Positions 44,075 through 54,176 of a stretch of 64,000 nt of DNA are shown piece by piece (within the stretch, counting starts at the first letter, position 1; the number at the start of each line of letters is the position of its first letter). The DNA is from a virus (Duplodnaviria; Heunggongvirae; Uroviricota; Caudoviricetes), in the IMG/VR virus record IMGVR_UViG_3300033463_000001, positions 32,001 to 96,000 of that record, one strand, 5' to 3'. A model generated the notes under the pieces. The model ran no database searches. It was not told where the DNA came from and saw nothing but the letters and a program-made list of their open reading frames with translations. The position numbers and the translations under genes were made by a program.

Positions 44075-45291
44075 TGTCACAATCAACACAGAATATAACA
44101 TGTAGTCCGAGACTTGTTGTTAAAAAGTTGAAGGATATATTCGGCATAAACGATGTCCGTGTACACTCTGACGGCGGTGATAAGTCGTGTCGTACGGTGC
44201 GCATACAATTCCCTGAAGGATTCAACCGAGAAGACGATGTTGTGAAATTCATGGCGTCGTGTGGCTATAATGCCGTTCGGTTAACAAAAGGGTACGCTGC
44301 TATATTTGAGTCAACTAACCAGGATAATATCCGGCAATCGCTAGGTATGCTATTCCATGTCACAACGAAACAGAATTCACTAGAGATTTTACGAAACGGA
44401 TTCGTTGTACATGACAGGCATGATGATTCTGGCTTCTCATATAACGGACGAACATATTTCTTCAAAGGTAAGGATATAACATACGACATTTGGAATGTTA
44501 TTCTTTCCATTATAGAAGATAAAAACTTCAACGACGGAACAAGTTTAACGGAAGACGACTATGTTGCAATCATCGTTGACACACAAAACATTCCGGATAA
44601 TGTACGTTTCTTTACTGATTCAATGACACCGGATGCTGTTTACACAACTGACTATATACCATCGAATGCGATAGTTACAACAATGGAAATTGAGGAACCA
44701 GAGATTGACGAACAAAAGAATATGACACAAATACAACGCATACAAAACACCGTAAATGAGTCTATTAGCAAAGTTCTATGTGAGGGTTCGTGGGGATACG
44801 AGCCAACACAATCAGACTCATTCGGCGACCAGGACTGGACACTCCTTGAGGATATGTCTGAGTTGGTCTACGACAGATGTATCTCAATGCTGAGGAAATA
44901 CGGAAAAAACGCCGTAACAAAAGGTGGTGAATATTGGGATATTATTGGTATTATAGAACATTTCTTTGAAGGCCTTCCTGATATTGACGAGACTTTTGGC
45001 GACGATAAAGGCCAGGAGCGTTACTACGTTTGGTGGAACCTAATCACAAAAAAGAAGAAGAATATCATCAAACTGTATAAAGACGCAGTAACGTATTGTG
45101 CTAATTCAAAAGAGTGGCAAGATGCTTGGGATAAACCTGATAAGATTAAAAAGTCTGCAGAAAGGCGACTAAAAACGGTTGCTAAGTATGAAAAACTGCT
45201 AAAGGATAAAATCAAACAGCTTGAAACTGACCCTGGTTATTCAACTCCGGAAGACCTCAAGATACTCAAGAAAGCCGCAAACGACTTCTAA
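44074..45291 (+). CDS. protein with ADP-ribosyltransferase-like domain
   Basis: LFHVT...ILRNGF...GRTYFF...D..TPDAVYTTDYIPSNAI; internal VNESISKVL. Confidence 0.6.
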   Translation: MSQSTQNITCSPRLVVKKLKDIFGINDVRVHSDGGDKSCRTVRIQFPEGFNREDDVVKFMASCGYNAVRLTKGYAAIFESTNQDNIRQSLGMLFHVTTKQNSLEILRNGFVVHDRHDDSGFSYNGRTYFFKGKDITYDIWNVILSIIEDKNFNDGTSLTEDDYVAIIVDTQNIPDNVRFFTDSMTPDAVYTTDYIPSNAIVTTMEIEEPEIDEQKNMTQIQRIQNTVNESISKVLCEGSWGYEPTQSDSFGDQDWTLLEDMSELVYDRCISMLRKYGKNAVTKGGEYWDIIGIIEHFFEGLPDIDETFGDDKGQERYYVWWNLITKKKKNIIKLYKDAVTYCANSKEWQDAWDKPDKIKKSAERRLKTVAKYEKLLKDKIKQLETDPGYSTPEDLKILKKAANDF

Positions 45292-45324
45292 TAGAAGAGG
45301 TATTTATTGTAAAAGTGACTTTTC

Positions 45325-46413
45325 ATGGCAAAAGATAAATGGATAAATATGAATGTCGAACTCCGTAAGGGTGGCCGTAATGCCGTAAAAATTTCGGAGG
45401 CAGACTTCAAAAAAGAACTGGAACACGCATACAAAGCACTCCAGATGGAAGAAGGCGAAAGAACACTATATCCTTTCACGCCTGGCAATTTCGCATATCA
45501 TTGCTGCTACAACAACAAAAAACTTGAAAAGAACAAAGACCTTTCTACATTACACCATGACATATGGGGTGAGAAATATAAGTTTGATAGCGAAAACGTA
45601 GACTGTTCCGGTGGTATCAAGACATCTAACAAAGGTATTGCATATCTACAATGCTATGCTGGAGGCGACTGGGAGTGTCCGGTATGCTTCTTTGTGTACT
45701 ACGATGGAAGCAAACTCAGGGGATACGTTCCTTTGAAAGGAAACTCCATCAATAGGGACACAAAAATGGCATTCGGCAACGAATCATCAAGTCCGGAAGA
45801 GGATTCGACAGAATATAAATTCCTTCGCAAGGAGTTTGGCGTAAAGACCAATGACGAATTACCAATCACACCTGATGATGTTAAATATAACGTTGACGCT
45901 TGCCTGGAAGATTTCTTAACGAGACTTGATATATCAGGTTCTTATAAAGACCACGACTATAGTGATTTCGATAAGAAATACGAGGAATATAAAGCACAAA
46001 AGAAAGCCGAACGCGAAGAACGGAAGAAACAACAGGAGACTGAGGCTAACAGCCTGAATGAACCAGAAGTTGAGGAGGCACTGGCAGAATCAATCCATGC
46101 CGTACTTGGCGAAAATGATGACGATGATTTCGTACTTATAGGTTTTCCGAATGGCAATCCAATACCTGAGAAGTTTTTCACCTTGACAAAAGACGGTAAG
46201 ATTCTTGCTAACGACAAAGCGCACACCCAAGTTGGCGAATGGGGACACAGGACTGAAGATGAATACACACATCGTAAGACGAATGTTTATTACGGTGGAT
46301 TGTGGTATAGAGGAGAGTGCTCGGCTGAGAGTAAGCATGAGTTCGTTCAAAAACTACATGATTTGATTATGCGTAGAGGTTACGCAATGAGAGACGGTAT
46401 TGTACACGTATAA
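45325..46413 (+). CDS. hypothetical protein
   Basis: AGGDWECPVCFFVYYDG..LRGYVPLKGN motif; LAESIHAVL. Confidence 0.85.
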   Translation: MAKDKWINMNVELRKGGRNAVKISEADFKKELEHAYKALQMEEGERTLYPFTPGNFAYHCCYNNKKLEKNKDLSTLHHDIWGEKYKFDSENVDCSGGIKTSNKGIAYLQCYAGGDWECPVCFFVYYDGSKLRGYVPLKGNSINRDTKMAFGNESSSPEEDSTEYKFLRKEFGVKTNDELPITPDDVKYNVDACLEDFLTRLDISGSYKDHDYSDFDKKYEEYKAQKKAEREERKKQQETEANSLNEPEVEEALAESIHAVLGENDDDDFVLIGFPNGNPIPEKFFTLTKDGKILANDKAHTQVGEWGHRTEDEYTHRKTNVYYGGLWYRGECSAESKHEFVQKLHDLIMRRGYAMRDGIVHV

Positions 46414-46425
46414 TTGATGATAACT

Positions 46426-47217
46426 ATGGATATCAAGATAAACGAAAAAATATTGGATAGTGTACTTAATGAAAGCGTGCACGACGTCATTAAAGAAGAT
46501 GTTGAAGACCAGGCTGTAGAAACGAAGTGTGACGAATATGCACAAATTTTGCGTAACGAGTACGAACAAGCTCAGCGTGCAGTCCGGGCGTCTAGGCCAA
46601 CGTTCCACAATGGATTGAGAGACGCTATGCAACGTCATGGGTTCACGACAGTTGGTCACGGAGACAACTGGACTGGTTTCTACGGACCTAGTAGGCTATT
46701 CTACTTCTCAGCACACCAAGACTATAATGGTGGCTGGCAGTCTCCATGGATTCTGTCTCAGAAGGTAGGAATCTGTATTGAGAAATATGGTTGGTCAAGC
46801 ATCCTGCCGTATAACCGAAGGGCTAACGCAGAGCATGGAATATACGATGTTTCAGTAAACGAGTTTGAAGAGTTCTATACGAACGCATGCAACCGCGTAC
46901 ATGATGTTATTGAAATCAGCAAACACCAAACACCGATGGAGCGCGTTGATACGTTTAGTAAGTTTACCGTATACAAAGGAGGAGGTGGTAGCTACCAAAC
47001 TATTTGGGAGTACGATAATTTCGAGGATGCCAAGAAAAGAGCATACGATTTAGCACAGGAAGAGTGTACTAAAGGCAAAGAGCGGAGGGATGATATTAGT
47101 AGATATTACCATTCAAAACCGGTTGATATCACTAACAACCACCCGCACGACATTATCGCATTTGAGTTCTATCTATACGATGAGCACTCTTATTATGTAG
47201 CAGTATCTGGAGAATAA
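46426..47217 (+). CDS. hypothetical protein with N-terminal ES motif
   Basis: IKINEKILDSVLNESVHDVIKE. Confidence 0.82.
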   Translation: MDIKINEKILDSVLNESVHDVIKEDVEDQAVETKCDEYAQILRNEYEQAQRAVRASRPTFHNGLRDAMQRHGFTTVGHGDNWTGFYGPSRLFYFSAHQDYNGGWQSPWILSQKVGICIEKYGWSSILPYNRRANAEHGIYDVSVNEFEEFYTNACNRVHDVIEISKHQTPMERVDTFSKFTVYKGGGGSYQTIWEYDNFEDAKKRAYDLAQEECTKGKERRDDISRYYHSKPVDITNNHPHDIIAFEFYLYDEHSYYVAVSGE

Positions 47218-47230
47218 GAATAACAAGACA

Positions 47231-47710
47231 ATGAATAAAAAAGTACAAATAGGACAAAACGAATTAACCTACCTCGTTGCCGAGTCAATGATTAGGAACA
47301 TTACCGGAGAGGCAACTATTAACGAAGGCGGTTTCAAAAATGCAATCGGAGCACTTGCTGCTGCAGGAATAATGACAGCATGTGGCCATGGTTCATTCTA
47401 CGGAAATCAGCCAACAGACCCAACAGAACAAACACAAAAACCATACGCAGACCAACAATATGAAAAATTCGACTGGAGTCTGATTACAGATGAACCAAAC
47501 CAGGGTTTTATCTATGACATGTATACAGGCTGTGCTAATAGCGGTAGTAGGACAATTGCATGCATAATTCAAAAGGATAAATACTGCTGGCGCTACTATA
47601 TTCCAGAGGAAATGAATGCAGAAATTGGTGAAAAATACAGGAATCGAGAGCCTGTTGATATTCGTGATTTCGAAGCGTTCATTGGATGGAAACCATACGA
47701 CCAACATTGA
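47231..47710 (+). CDS. hypothetical protein: ES motif followed by hydrophobic, lipobox-like segment
   Basis: ELTYLVAESM...INE-GGFKNAIGALAAAGIMTAC. Confidence 0.78.
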   Translation: MNKKVQIGQNELTYLVAESMIRNITGEATINEGGFKNAIGALAAAGIMTACGHGSFYGNQPTDPTEQTQKPYADQQYEKFDWSLITDEPNQGFIYDMYTGCANSGSRTIACIIQKDKYCWRYYIPEEMNAEIGEKYRNREPVDIRDFEAFIGWKPYDQH

Positions 47711-47806
47711 AACTAACATACTGTGATTGGTTAAATTAACAACATAGGCTATAGACGCAAATCACATAGTCTATATCGTACTACTACTATGTCACAGTAT
47801 CACTCT

Positions 47807-47837
47807 GCGTCAAGAAGCAATTCTTGGCGCTTTTTTA
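47807..47837 (+). terminator. intrinsic terminator
   Basis: gcgtcaagaa-gcaa-ttcttggcgc-tttttt. Confidence 0.8.
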
Positions 47838-47889
47838 TTGATTCTAACTGGTTTTTTGATACATTAAAGTGATTAATAAAAACAACACA

Positions 47890-48255
47890 ATGGAAGAAAT
47901 GTTAAACTGTCCGGCAGAACATTGCCCGGAAACCTTTGAGAACACAGGTGAGAAGAAACTGGATTTCAGTTCATATGCCTACGAAAGAGCAGCAGAAGCT
48001 TGCAATGTAACCAACCCATCCAATGGTATCACAGTCGCAGAAGTTAAAGAGGTTCAATGCCAATCTGATGACAAACAATCGGAGTCGTATTACATTGTAC
48101 ACTATTATGGCGGACGTAACGGACATGGTAGCTGGAATAGCTATCTGAAAGATATTAAAGCCATCTTTGAAGAGTTTAAGTATGCATGGCTGATTGAGCT
48201 GCAGAATGACTGCCTTGATGACGTATGGGATTTGAAAATCGGATTTAGACTGTAA
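47890..48255 (+). CDS. hypothetical protein
   Basis: TAATG coupling to next gene. Confidence 0.78.
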   Translation: MEEMLNCPAEHCPETFENTGEKKLDFSSYAYERAAEACNVTNPSNGITVAEVKEVQCQSDDKQSESYYIVHYYGGRNGHGSWNSYLKDIKAIFEEFKYAWLIELQNDCLDDVWDLKIGFRL

Positions 48256-48464
48256 TGAAAACCCTTTATTTGGTTAAAACGTCTCTTATGAACGGCACCG
48301 TGACTATTAAGACAATGAACACAGTGTTCGCTACGAAAGAGCTGGCAGAGAAAGCGTTAGATTACATCAAAAAACAACAGCCGTCACACGAATTCTTTAC
48401 GTCATATTCGAATATGGAAGAGGTTACGCTTTACGAAACAGAAGATGAACTTCAATTAAACTAA
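48255..48464 (+). CDS. hypothetical protein
   Basis: VFATKELAEKA motif. Confidence 0.72.
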   Translation: MKTLYLVKTSLMNGTVTIKTMNTVFATKELAEKALDYIKKQQPSHEFFTSYSNMEEVTLYETEDELQLN

Positions 48465-48471
48465 AAACAGA

Positions 48472-49548
48472 ATGGAACAGATTATAGAAGTACACGATTT
48501 TTCGACAGAACTTACAAGTCCAGGCCGCATTATACGATGCCCTAATGAATTACCAGCATCTAAACAACAATGGTATGTATTCCTTGCAGGACCTATACAA
48601 GGAGCCCCTGAGTGGCAGAACTCAATCGACATGATTCCTGGCGTCACATTCCTTAGCCCGCGCCGTGTGTCGTACGATAATTTCAACTATAATGAACAAG
48701 TAAACTGGGAAACGGAAGCGATGCGCACTGCAGATGTAATTCTGTTTTGGATTCCGGAAGAGGCTGAACATATCGAAGGCCGTGGGTATGCACAGACTAC
48801 GCGTACGGAGTTTGGTGAGTACATCGCAATGGGTAAAAAGGTTATTATCGGAATCTACGATAAATTCCCAGGAAGACGATATTTTGCATCGAAATGTAAA
48901 CAGTATGGCATCACTGAACTGCATGACAGTTTGCAAGGCGTAATCGGAGAATTGAAAGCATATATCAACGAATGCAACAGACGCAAACTTGAAGAGAAGA
49001 TATTTGTTACGTCAGACACTCACTTCGGTAGTAAACGAACACTCGAATTGTCCAGGCGCCCGTTCCGTAACGTAGATGATATGGACTGGCGGCTCGTAGA
49101 GAACTGGAACCGTGTTGTCCATCCGGGTGATAAAGTATTCCATCTTGGAGACTTCGGCGATACAAAATGGGTGCGCTATCTCAACGGAGACATAACTCTC
49201 CTGTATGGAAACTATGAACGCAAAGATATTGCGGACGGTAAACTCACCAAAGAAGACTTGAGGGTATTCAGGAAGGTTTATGATAAAAAGTATCTGCCGG
49301 TTGCAATCGAAGATGATTTATACATCATGTCACACGAGCCTCTAAATGGTATCGGTGGTAGGACTGACTATATCGAGGATAAACCGATGGTTCTATATGG
49401 ACACATCCACGCGCGACAGAAAATCAAGCCTTTCGGAACAGATGTAGGCGTCGATGGAGCAAACTACACGCCAATGTCTCTAGCAGACGTTCGGTTCTTC
49501 CAAAACGCCCTGGATAAGGGCTACTACGACGAAGAGGTGTGGTGCTAA
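48472..49548 (+). CDS. nucleoside 2-deoxyribosyltransferase-like domain fused to calcineurin-like metallophosphoesterase
   Basis: VFLAGPI..APEWQ...SPRR...QVNWE...ADVILFWIP...TRTEFG; SDTHFG, HLGDFG, GNYE, HEP, GHIH. Confidence 0.85.
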   Translation: MEQIIEVHDFSTELTSPGRIIRCPNELPASKQQWYVFLAGPIQGAPEWQNSIDMIPGVTFLSPRRVSYDNFNYNEQVNWETEAMRTADVILFWIPEEAEHIEGRGYAQTTRTEFGEYIAMGKKVIIGIYDKFPGRRYFASKCKQYGITELHDSLQGVIGELKAYINECNRRKLEEKIFVTSDTHFGSKRTLELSRRPFRNVDDMDWRLVENWNRVVHPGDKVFHLGDFGDTKWVRYLNGDITLLYGNYERKDIADGKLTKEDLRVFRKVYDKKYLPVAIEDDLYIMSHEPLNGIGGRTDYIEDKPMVLYGHIHARQKIKPFGTDVGVDGANYTPMSLADVRFFQNALDKGYYDEEVWC

Positions 49549-49561
49549 ATAAAAGAAAGAA

Positions 49562-49588
49562 AGCGCGGCATGATTGCTGCGCTTTTTG
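49562..49588 (+). terminator. intrinsic terminator
   Basis: agcgcggca-tgat-tgctgcgct-tttt. Confidence 0.75.
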
Positions 49589-49744
49589 TTTTCATCTGTG
49601 TATTCATAAATACACAATCTCTCATTTTTCCCACTAATTCAGTGTTAATTTTATGAAATTATTTTCCTCTCGAAACTGGGTGTAAAACCATATTTATTGA
49701 AGAGGCCTACTAGTGAACTAGACAACTTAATTAAATACATAAAT

Positions 49745-50557
49745 ATGGGTAAGAAAAAACGCTTTCAAGGTCTGTCAGAAGAAGACAAGTTAATGATTGA
49801 AGAAAAGATGTCATACACACATGACGGACAGGAAAACACGAGGTATGTCGACGATTATAAACGAAGAGTAAAAGCCATGTGCTATCGCATCGACATTCAG
49901 TGCCAAACGGAAAAACAAGAGGTGTTTTACAACCACCTTTTAGATACAAGCAAGAAAGTAAATATATGCGACGCGCCTGCCGGAGTTGGTAAATCGTTCT
50001 TGGCGCTAGCTGCCGGCCTTTCACTTCTTAAAGAAGGCACAATATCAAACGTAATCATAGTTGTACCAACCATCGAGGCTAGCGAAACATGCAGAATTGG
50101 ACTTCTTCCTGGCACGATAGAAGAAAAACTAAAGCCATACACCATAGCCGCAATGGCAAACGTAGAAAAGATTTTGCGTATTGGTGGTAGCACGAATCCA
50201 AGGGAAGTAACACAATATCTGTTTAATAACGGTTTAATCCGATTTGAGTTGCTATCATATGCTCGCGGACGTACATTTGACGACTGTTTCTTAATCCTGG
50301 ATGAAGCAGAGAACCTTAGTCAAAAAGAATGCCTCCTTCTGTTAACTCGTATTGGTGACGGTTCATCAAAAGTTGCCTTACTTGGAGATAGAGAGCAATG
50401 CGACAGACGAGATGTTCGAGGAACAAACGCATGTGGACTAATATACGCAGCAGATAAACTTGCAAACTTGGATGAAGTGACTGTAGATGAATTCGAGACA
50501 TCGGATATTGTTCGGAACCCGATTATTACAAAGATTCTCAATGCATGGAACGCATAA
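49745..50557 (+). CDS. phoH: PhoH-family ATPase
   Basis: APAGVGKS, GLLPGTIEEK, RGRTF, ILDEAEN, GDREQCD, IVRNP. Confidence 0.92.
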   Translation: MGKKKRFQGLSEEDKLMIEEKMSYTHDGQENTRYVDDYKRRVKAMCYRIDIQCQTEKQEVFYNHLLDTSKKVNICDAPAGVGKSFLALAAGLSLLKEGTISNVIIVVPTIEASETCRIGLLPGTIEEKLKPYTIAAMANVEKILRIGGSTNPREVTQYLFNNGLIRFELLSYARGRTFDDCFLILDEAENLSQKECLLLLTRIGDGSSKVALLGDREQCDRRDVRGTNACGLIYAADKLANLDEVTVDEFETSDIVRNPIITKILNAWNA

Positions 50558-50560
50558 AGA

Positions 50561-50587
50561 AAACGGAGGTTAATAGCCTCCGTTTTT
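50561..50587. terminator. bidirectional terminator
   Basis: aaacggagg-ttaatag-cctccgtttt between convergent genes. Confidence 0.75.
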
Positions 50588-52671
50588 CATACTTCTTCTG
50601 CATTGAGTGCATATTTAAGTGCTCTACGCAAATTTGGGTCTTCAACTGATAGAATAAGTTTAGATTGCATCCTGCTTAGCATGATGTAAAGCTCATTCAG
50701 CATTACTTTTTTGATATCGGTATTATGGTACAATTTGTTAGCCTCGTATCCATATGTTGACGGGTCGACGATTATGCGTTTCTCTTCCATGCTAAACTTA
50801 TAGCAATCCGGAATGAGTAGATAAAAACAATCAACCTCATTCCCTAACATGTTTGGCGTATAGGCTACGTAATTATTACGTCCATCCATATACATGAATG
50901 AATTAGAACGGCCTATCTTCTCAGGATTCGGGTTCCAGTTCATAAACACGCTGTACTTATTACCATTGGCATCGTACATGAATAGGTTCTCAAAATCATA
51001 ACCGCTTGCATCTTTCGATGTGCTACGCCATTCGTTTTTAGAACTCCATAACGCACCAATTTGGAAACCTTCCTTTTTAGGCCTACCTGCTGGTACCATT
51101 TTGTCTAACTCATCGTACTCAAGGCGCTTCCTTTCGGCAAATGTCAAATCACCGTATTCTTTTGTGATATACACCTCAACGGATGTTCCGGTACGCACTT
51201 TGAAACTTCCGTCATATCCTTCATAAACGAGTTTATGGAGGTCTTCGCAATAATACTCACCACCAAGGAAACGATTCTGCCTTTCGAGGTGGTAGTGTCT
51301 GTAATTGAAATTATTGTCCGCAGCGAACTTCTCAAGCTCGTTGATTGTAAAGAAGTCTTTCGTGCTTATTTTCTGGTCTTCATCACAGAAAAAATATGCT
51401 ACTCGGCCGACACTCTTAATAAGATTGAAAACATGACTGCTTTCAATTTCTTTCGTCTCGTATCGTCTATTGCCTCTTTCGTCTTTTACCTCACACCCGT
51501 TCTCATCGACCACAGCAGTACTAAGATATTTGTTGAGAGTTTGTGCTTCATCAAATATCATTACATCGTGGTTAACGTTTTGTAAAACAGTTGGTGTTTT
51601 AATATAGCGCTTCAACTCATCGAATTTAGCGCCACTCTCATCGTTCTTACTGACATGCCCGTATTTCTCAGTAATTAGCTCACGACACGCCTTGAGCATC
51701 TGTGCGCGGCGCTCCCTGTTCTTAACATAAAAACCAACGTTCACTCCCATAGTAATAAACTCATACAAGAGAGTGTGTGCAGCCATACTCTTGCCACTTC
51801 CAGGACCGCCGGATACTGCAACGATATACCTGTTCGGGAACGTATTCTTGAGCGATGCGTAGAAACACCTCAGGAGTTTAGAGTACGTCACGCTCTGCTC
51901 GTCGTTGAGTGAGTATTTGTCATGGAATGACATATCACCTGTTATTCCAAACTCGTCTTTTTTCTTCGAAAGGGCATCTTTAACCATAGCCAATGAATCC
52001 GGACTAATCGTAATATCCGTAGAAAGGAAATCGTCAGTGAATGTCGATACGTCTGTATACGTCAACACGCCGCTCAAGAAGCTAGCGAATTCCATCGAGT
52101 CTTCTCTATTTCCGGAGTAGGCCATTATATTCTCGTTCGGCTGAATGAGGCTTCGTATATCAGAGACGTCAGTGGCGTTATGCATATAGATAACGCTATA
52201 CAGCTTTACGTTACTCAGGCGCTTGCATAAACACTTAATAATAGCCTCGACCTGGCGTTTGTAATTTCGTATTTGCGGAAGGGGGTGAATGCGTGTATCA
52301 GTCTGACTCAATACAGCATTCAGCATTCCATTTACTTCAACTGCTTTCCACTTCGTCCATTGTTTATTTTCTCCCAGAATCACAACAGGATAGACAGCAT
52401 CTCCACCAATCAAAATCCAATCACACCTACCTCCGGCCAACTCGTATTCACACACCAAAATAACACTATCAGGTATTGAAGACATATTAATAATGTTCAT
52501 CAATGCTGGTAGTGATTTCTCCCATGAACGCAACTCGGATGGATTAATACTTTCCTTAGCCGCTTTGCATTCGTCAACTATAAAACTTGCAATGCTTCTA
52601 CCGGATTTCCTGATATCACCGATGGTCATAGCAAATTTGGCACGTGGTGTGCTTACAACAGTAGTCTCCAT
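50587..52671 (-). CDS. DUF2075 / Schlafen group-3-like helicase with N-terminal nuclease-like domain
   Basis: EYEL...RCDWIL...ENKQW; GGPGSGKS; DEAQ; DEDQ; LERQNR; N..YIMLSR. Confidence 0.8.
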   Translation of the reverse strand: METTVVSTPRAKFAMTIGDIRKSGRSIASFIVDECKAAKESINPSELRSWEKSLPALMNIINMSSIPDSVILVCEYELAGGRCDWILIGGDAVYPVVILGENKQWTKWKAVEVNGMLNAVLSQTDTRIHPLPQIRNYKRQVEAIIKCLCKRLSNVKLYSVIYMHNATDVSDIRSLIQPNENIMAYSGNREDSMEFASFLSGVLTYTDVSTFTDDFLSTDITISPDSLAMVKDALSKKKDEFGITGDMSFHDKYSLNDEQSVTYSKLLRCFYASLKNTFPNRYIVAVSGGPGSGKSMAAHTLLYEFITMGVNVGFYVKNRERRAQMLKACRELITEKYGHVSKNDESGAKFDELKRYIKTPTVLQNVNHDVMIFDEAQTLNKYLSTAVVDENGCEVKDERGNRRYETKEIESSHVFNLIKSVGRVAYFFCDEDQKISTKDFFTINELEKFAADNNFNYRHYHLERQNRFLGGEYYCEDLHKLVYEGYDGSFKVRTGTSVEVYITKEYGDLTFAERKRLEYDELDKMVPAGRPKKEGFQIGALWSSKNEWRSTSKDASGYDFENLFMYDANGNKYSVFMNWNPNPEKIGRSNSFMYMDGRNNYVAYTPNMLGNEVDCFYLLIPDCYKFSMEEKRIIVDPSTYGYEANKLYHNTDIKKVMLNELYIMLSRMQSKLILSVEDPNLRRALKYALNAEEV

Positions 52672-52859
52672 TAACCTTTTAGTGTTTACATCTAATTTCT
52701 CGTTACTAATATAGTCCTTTTAACACGAATCTGCAACTATTTAAGGCTTCTTTTTCCATGCGTGCGAGTATTTATTAGTATAGAAGGATTATGCGCGCAC
52801 ATCAATGCGCAGCGTTGCCATGCCGTGCATGGCCGTATTAAAAGCAATTTAATAAGATA

Positions 52860-54176
52860 ATGAATACTACTGTTACATTAGAAGAAGCTAAACGTGGCAC
52901 TAACATGTTTATCTCGGCAAAGAACAACAAAACGCTATCAATCGTCGAGAGTACACTTTCACAAATTGGCAATGGCGCATATGCAAAGGATAACAAGACT
53001 TTGTATTTGCATGTTAGCCCGGCACAAGGTAAAACTCTGAAAGAATCACTGCTGTTTGCGTTGGAACAAAATGGTGTTAACACAGCAAACGTAAAGATTT
53101 CTAGAATGACAACGAACGAATCACCGTTGACTCGTTTCGCTCTCAAAGAGGGTGTTGTGGCTCCTTCTCGCGATAATGCTAATACGAAACGCATCCGTCT
53201 TACACGCGAAGGATTGAGTCGTCTTGTTACAAAGGCAGTGAATGAGGCATTGAGTAAGCGCGACCCGAAACTCGCGTCGCTTCCGTTTGACCAACAAGTT
53301 TCAATCTTGACCAATGAGGCAAGAAAGCACATGATACAGGAGGGTACTAGCAATTTCTTCCTTATCAACTCAGATACATACCACGCACTACCAGAGCCGG
53401 AAGACGAAAATGGTAATCGGAAAGAATGGGATGATGTGGATTATGACTTCGCTATTGAGGATGTTCGTGAAACATTCCTGAGTAACGGATGGGATACGTG
53501 CGACAAAGATAAACGTTATTCGTACGACTCTTATTCTATAGGTGTCGACAAAACATGCGAACCGGAGAGCTTTGAGACGCCAATCTACATCATCGTGCTG
53601 GTTTGTCCGGGATACTATGAGTCTGCAACTATCGACTACGAAATCGTATGCGACTTTATGAAGCTGTCAGACTTCAACAGCATCGAGGAGTTTGCTGCTG
53701 AGTGTGTTGAATGGTGTGGTTCTTCTGAAACTGATGAGGATAAACAAAAAGAAATCGCAGAGGTTGTAGCAAGTATAAATGCAGGCATTGCTAACTTCGA
53801 AGAGGTAGTAGAAAAATGCACGGTTCCGTATGGTGTTTATGCTCGTTTTAGTAACGGTGAAACAATGTATAAAAACCTGCGCGAAGAGGATGTTGAGCAT
53901 GGAGCTACCGATGAGAATGAAGATATATACAGTTACTCGTATTTTGCTAGCGAATTAGCAAAATTTGGATGGTCATTCCATGACTCATATGTTGACGACA
54001 ACGACGGTAGTGTTATCTTCGCAATCGACAAAGACAGACCCGAAGGAGTTGAGCTTGACGAATTGAAAGCTAAACTTCGCGAGATATACGGTAATAATAT
54101 AAAGTTTGGAACTCGTACAGCAGTACAGGCACCAGAACTAAAATCAACTGTTGTTAAACTGATTTATGCCGACTAA
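52860..54176 (+). CDS. hypothetical acidic protein with repeated L/I-x-E motifs (candidate virion-internal)
   Basis: IRLTREGLSRLVTKAVNEAL; LKE, IQE, LRE. Confidence 0.82.
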   Translation: MNTTVTLEEAKRGTNMFISAKNNKTLSIVESTLSQIGNGAYAKDNKTLYLHVSPAQGKTLKESLLFALEQNGVNTANVKISRMTTNESPLTRFALKEGVVAPSRDNANTKRIRLTREGLSRLVTKAVNEALSKRDPKLASLPFDQQVSILTNEARKHMIQEGTSNFFLINSDTYHALPEPEDENGNRKEWDDVDYDFAIEDVRETFLSNGWDTCDKDKRYSYDSYSIGVDKTCEPESFETPIYIIVLVCPGYYESATIDYEIVCDFMKLSDFNSIEEFAAECVEWCGSSETDEDKQKEIAEVVASINAGIANFEEVVEKCTVPYGVYARFSNGETMYKNLREEDVEHGATDENEDIYSYSYFASELAKFGWSFHDSYVDDNDGSVIFAIDKDRPEGVELDELKAKLREIYGNNIKFGTRTAVQAPELKSTVVKLIYAD

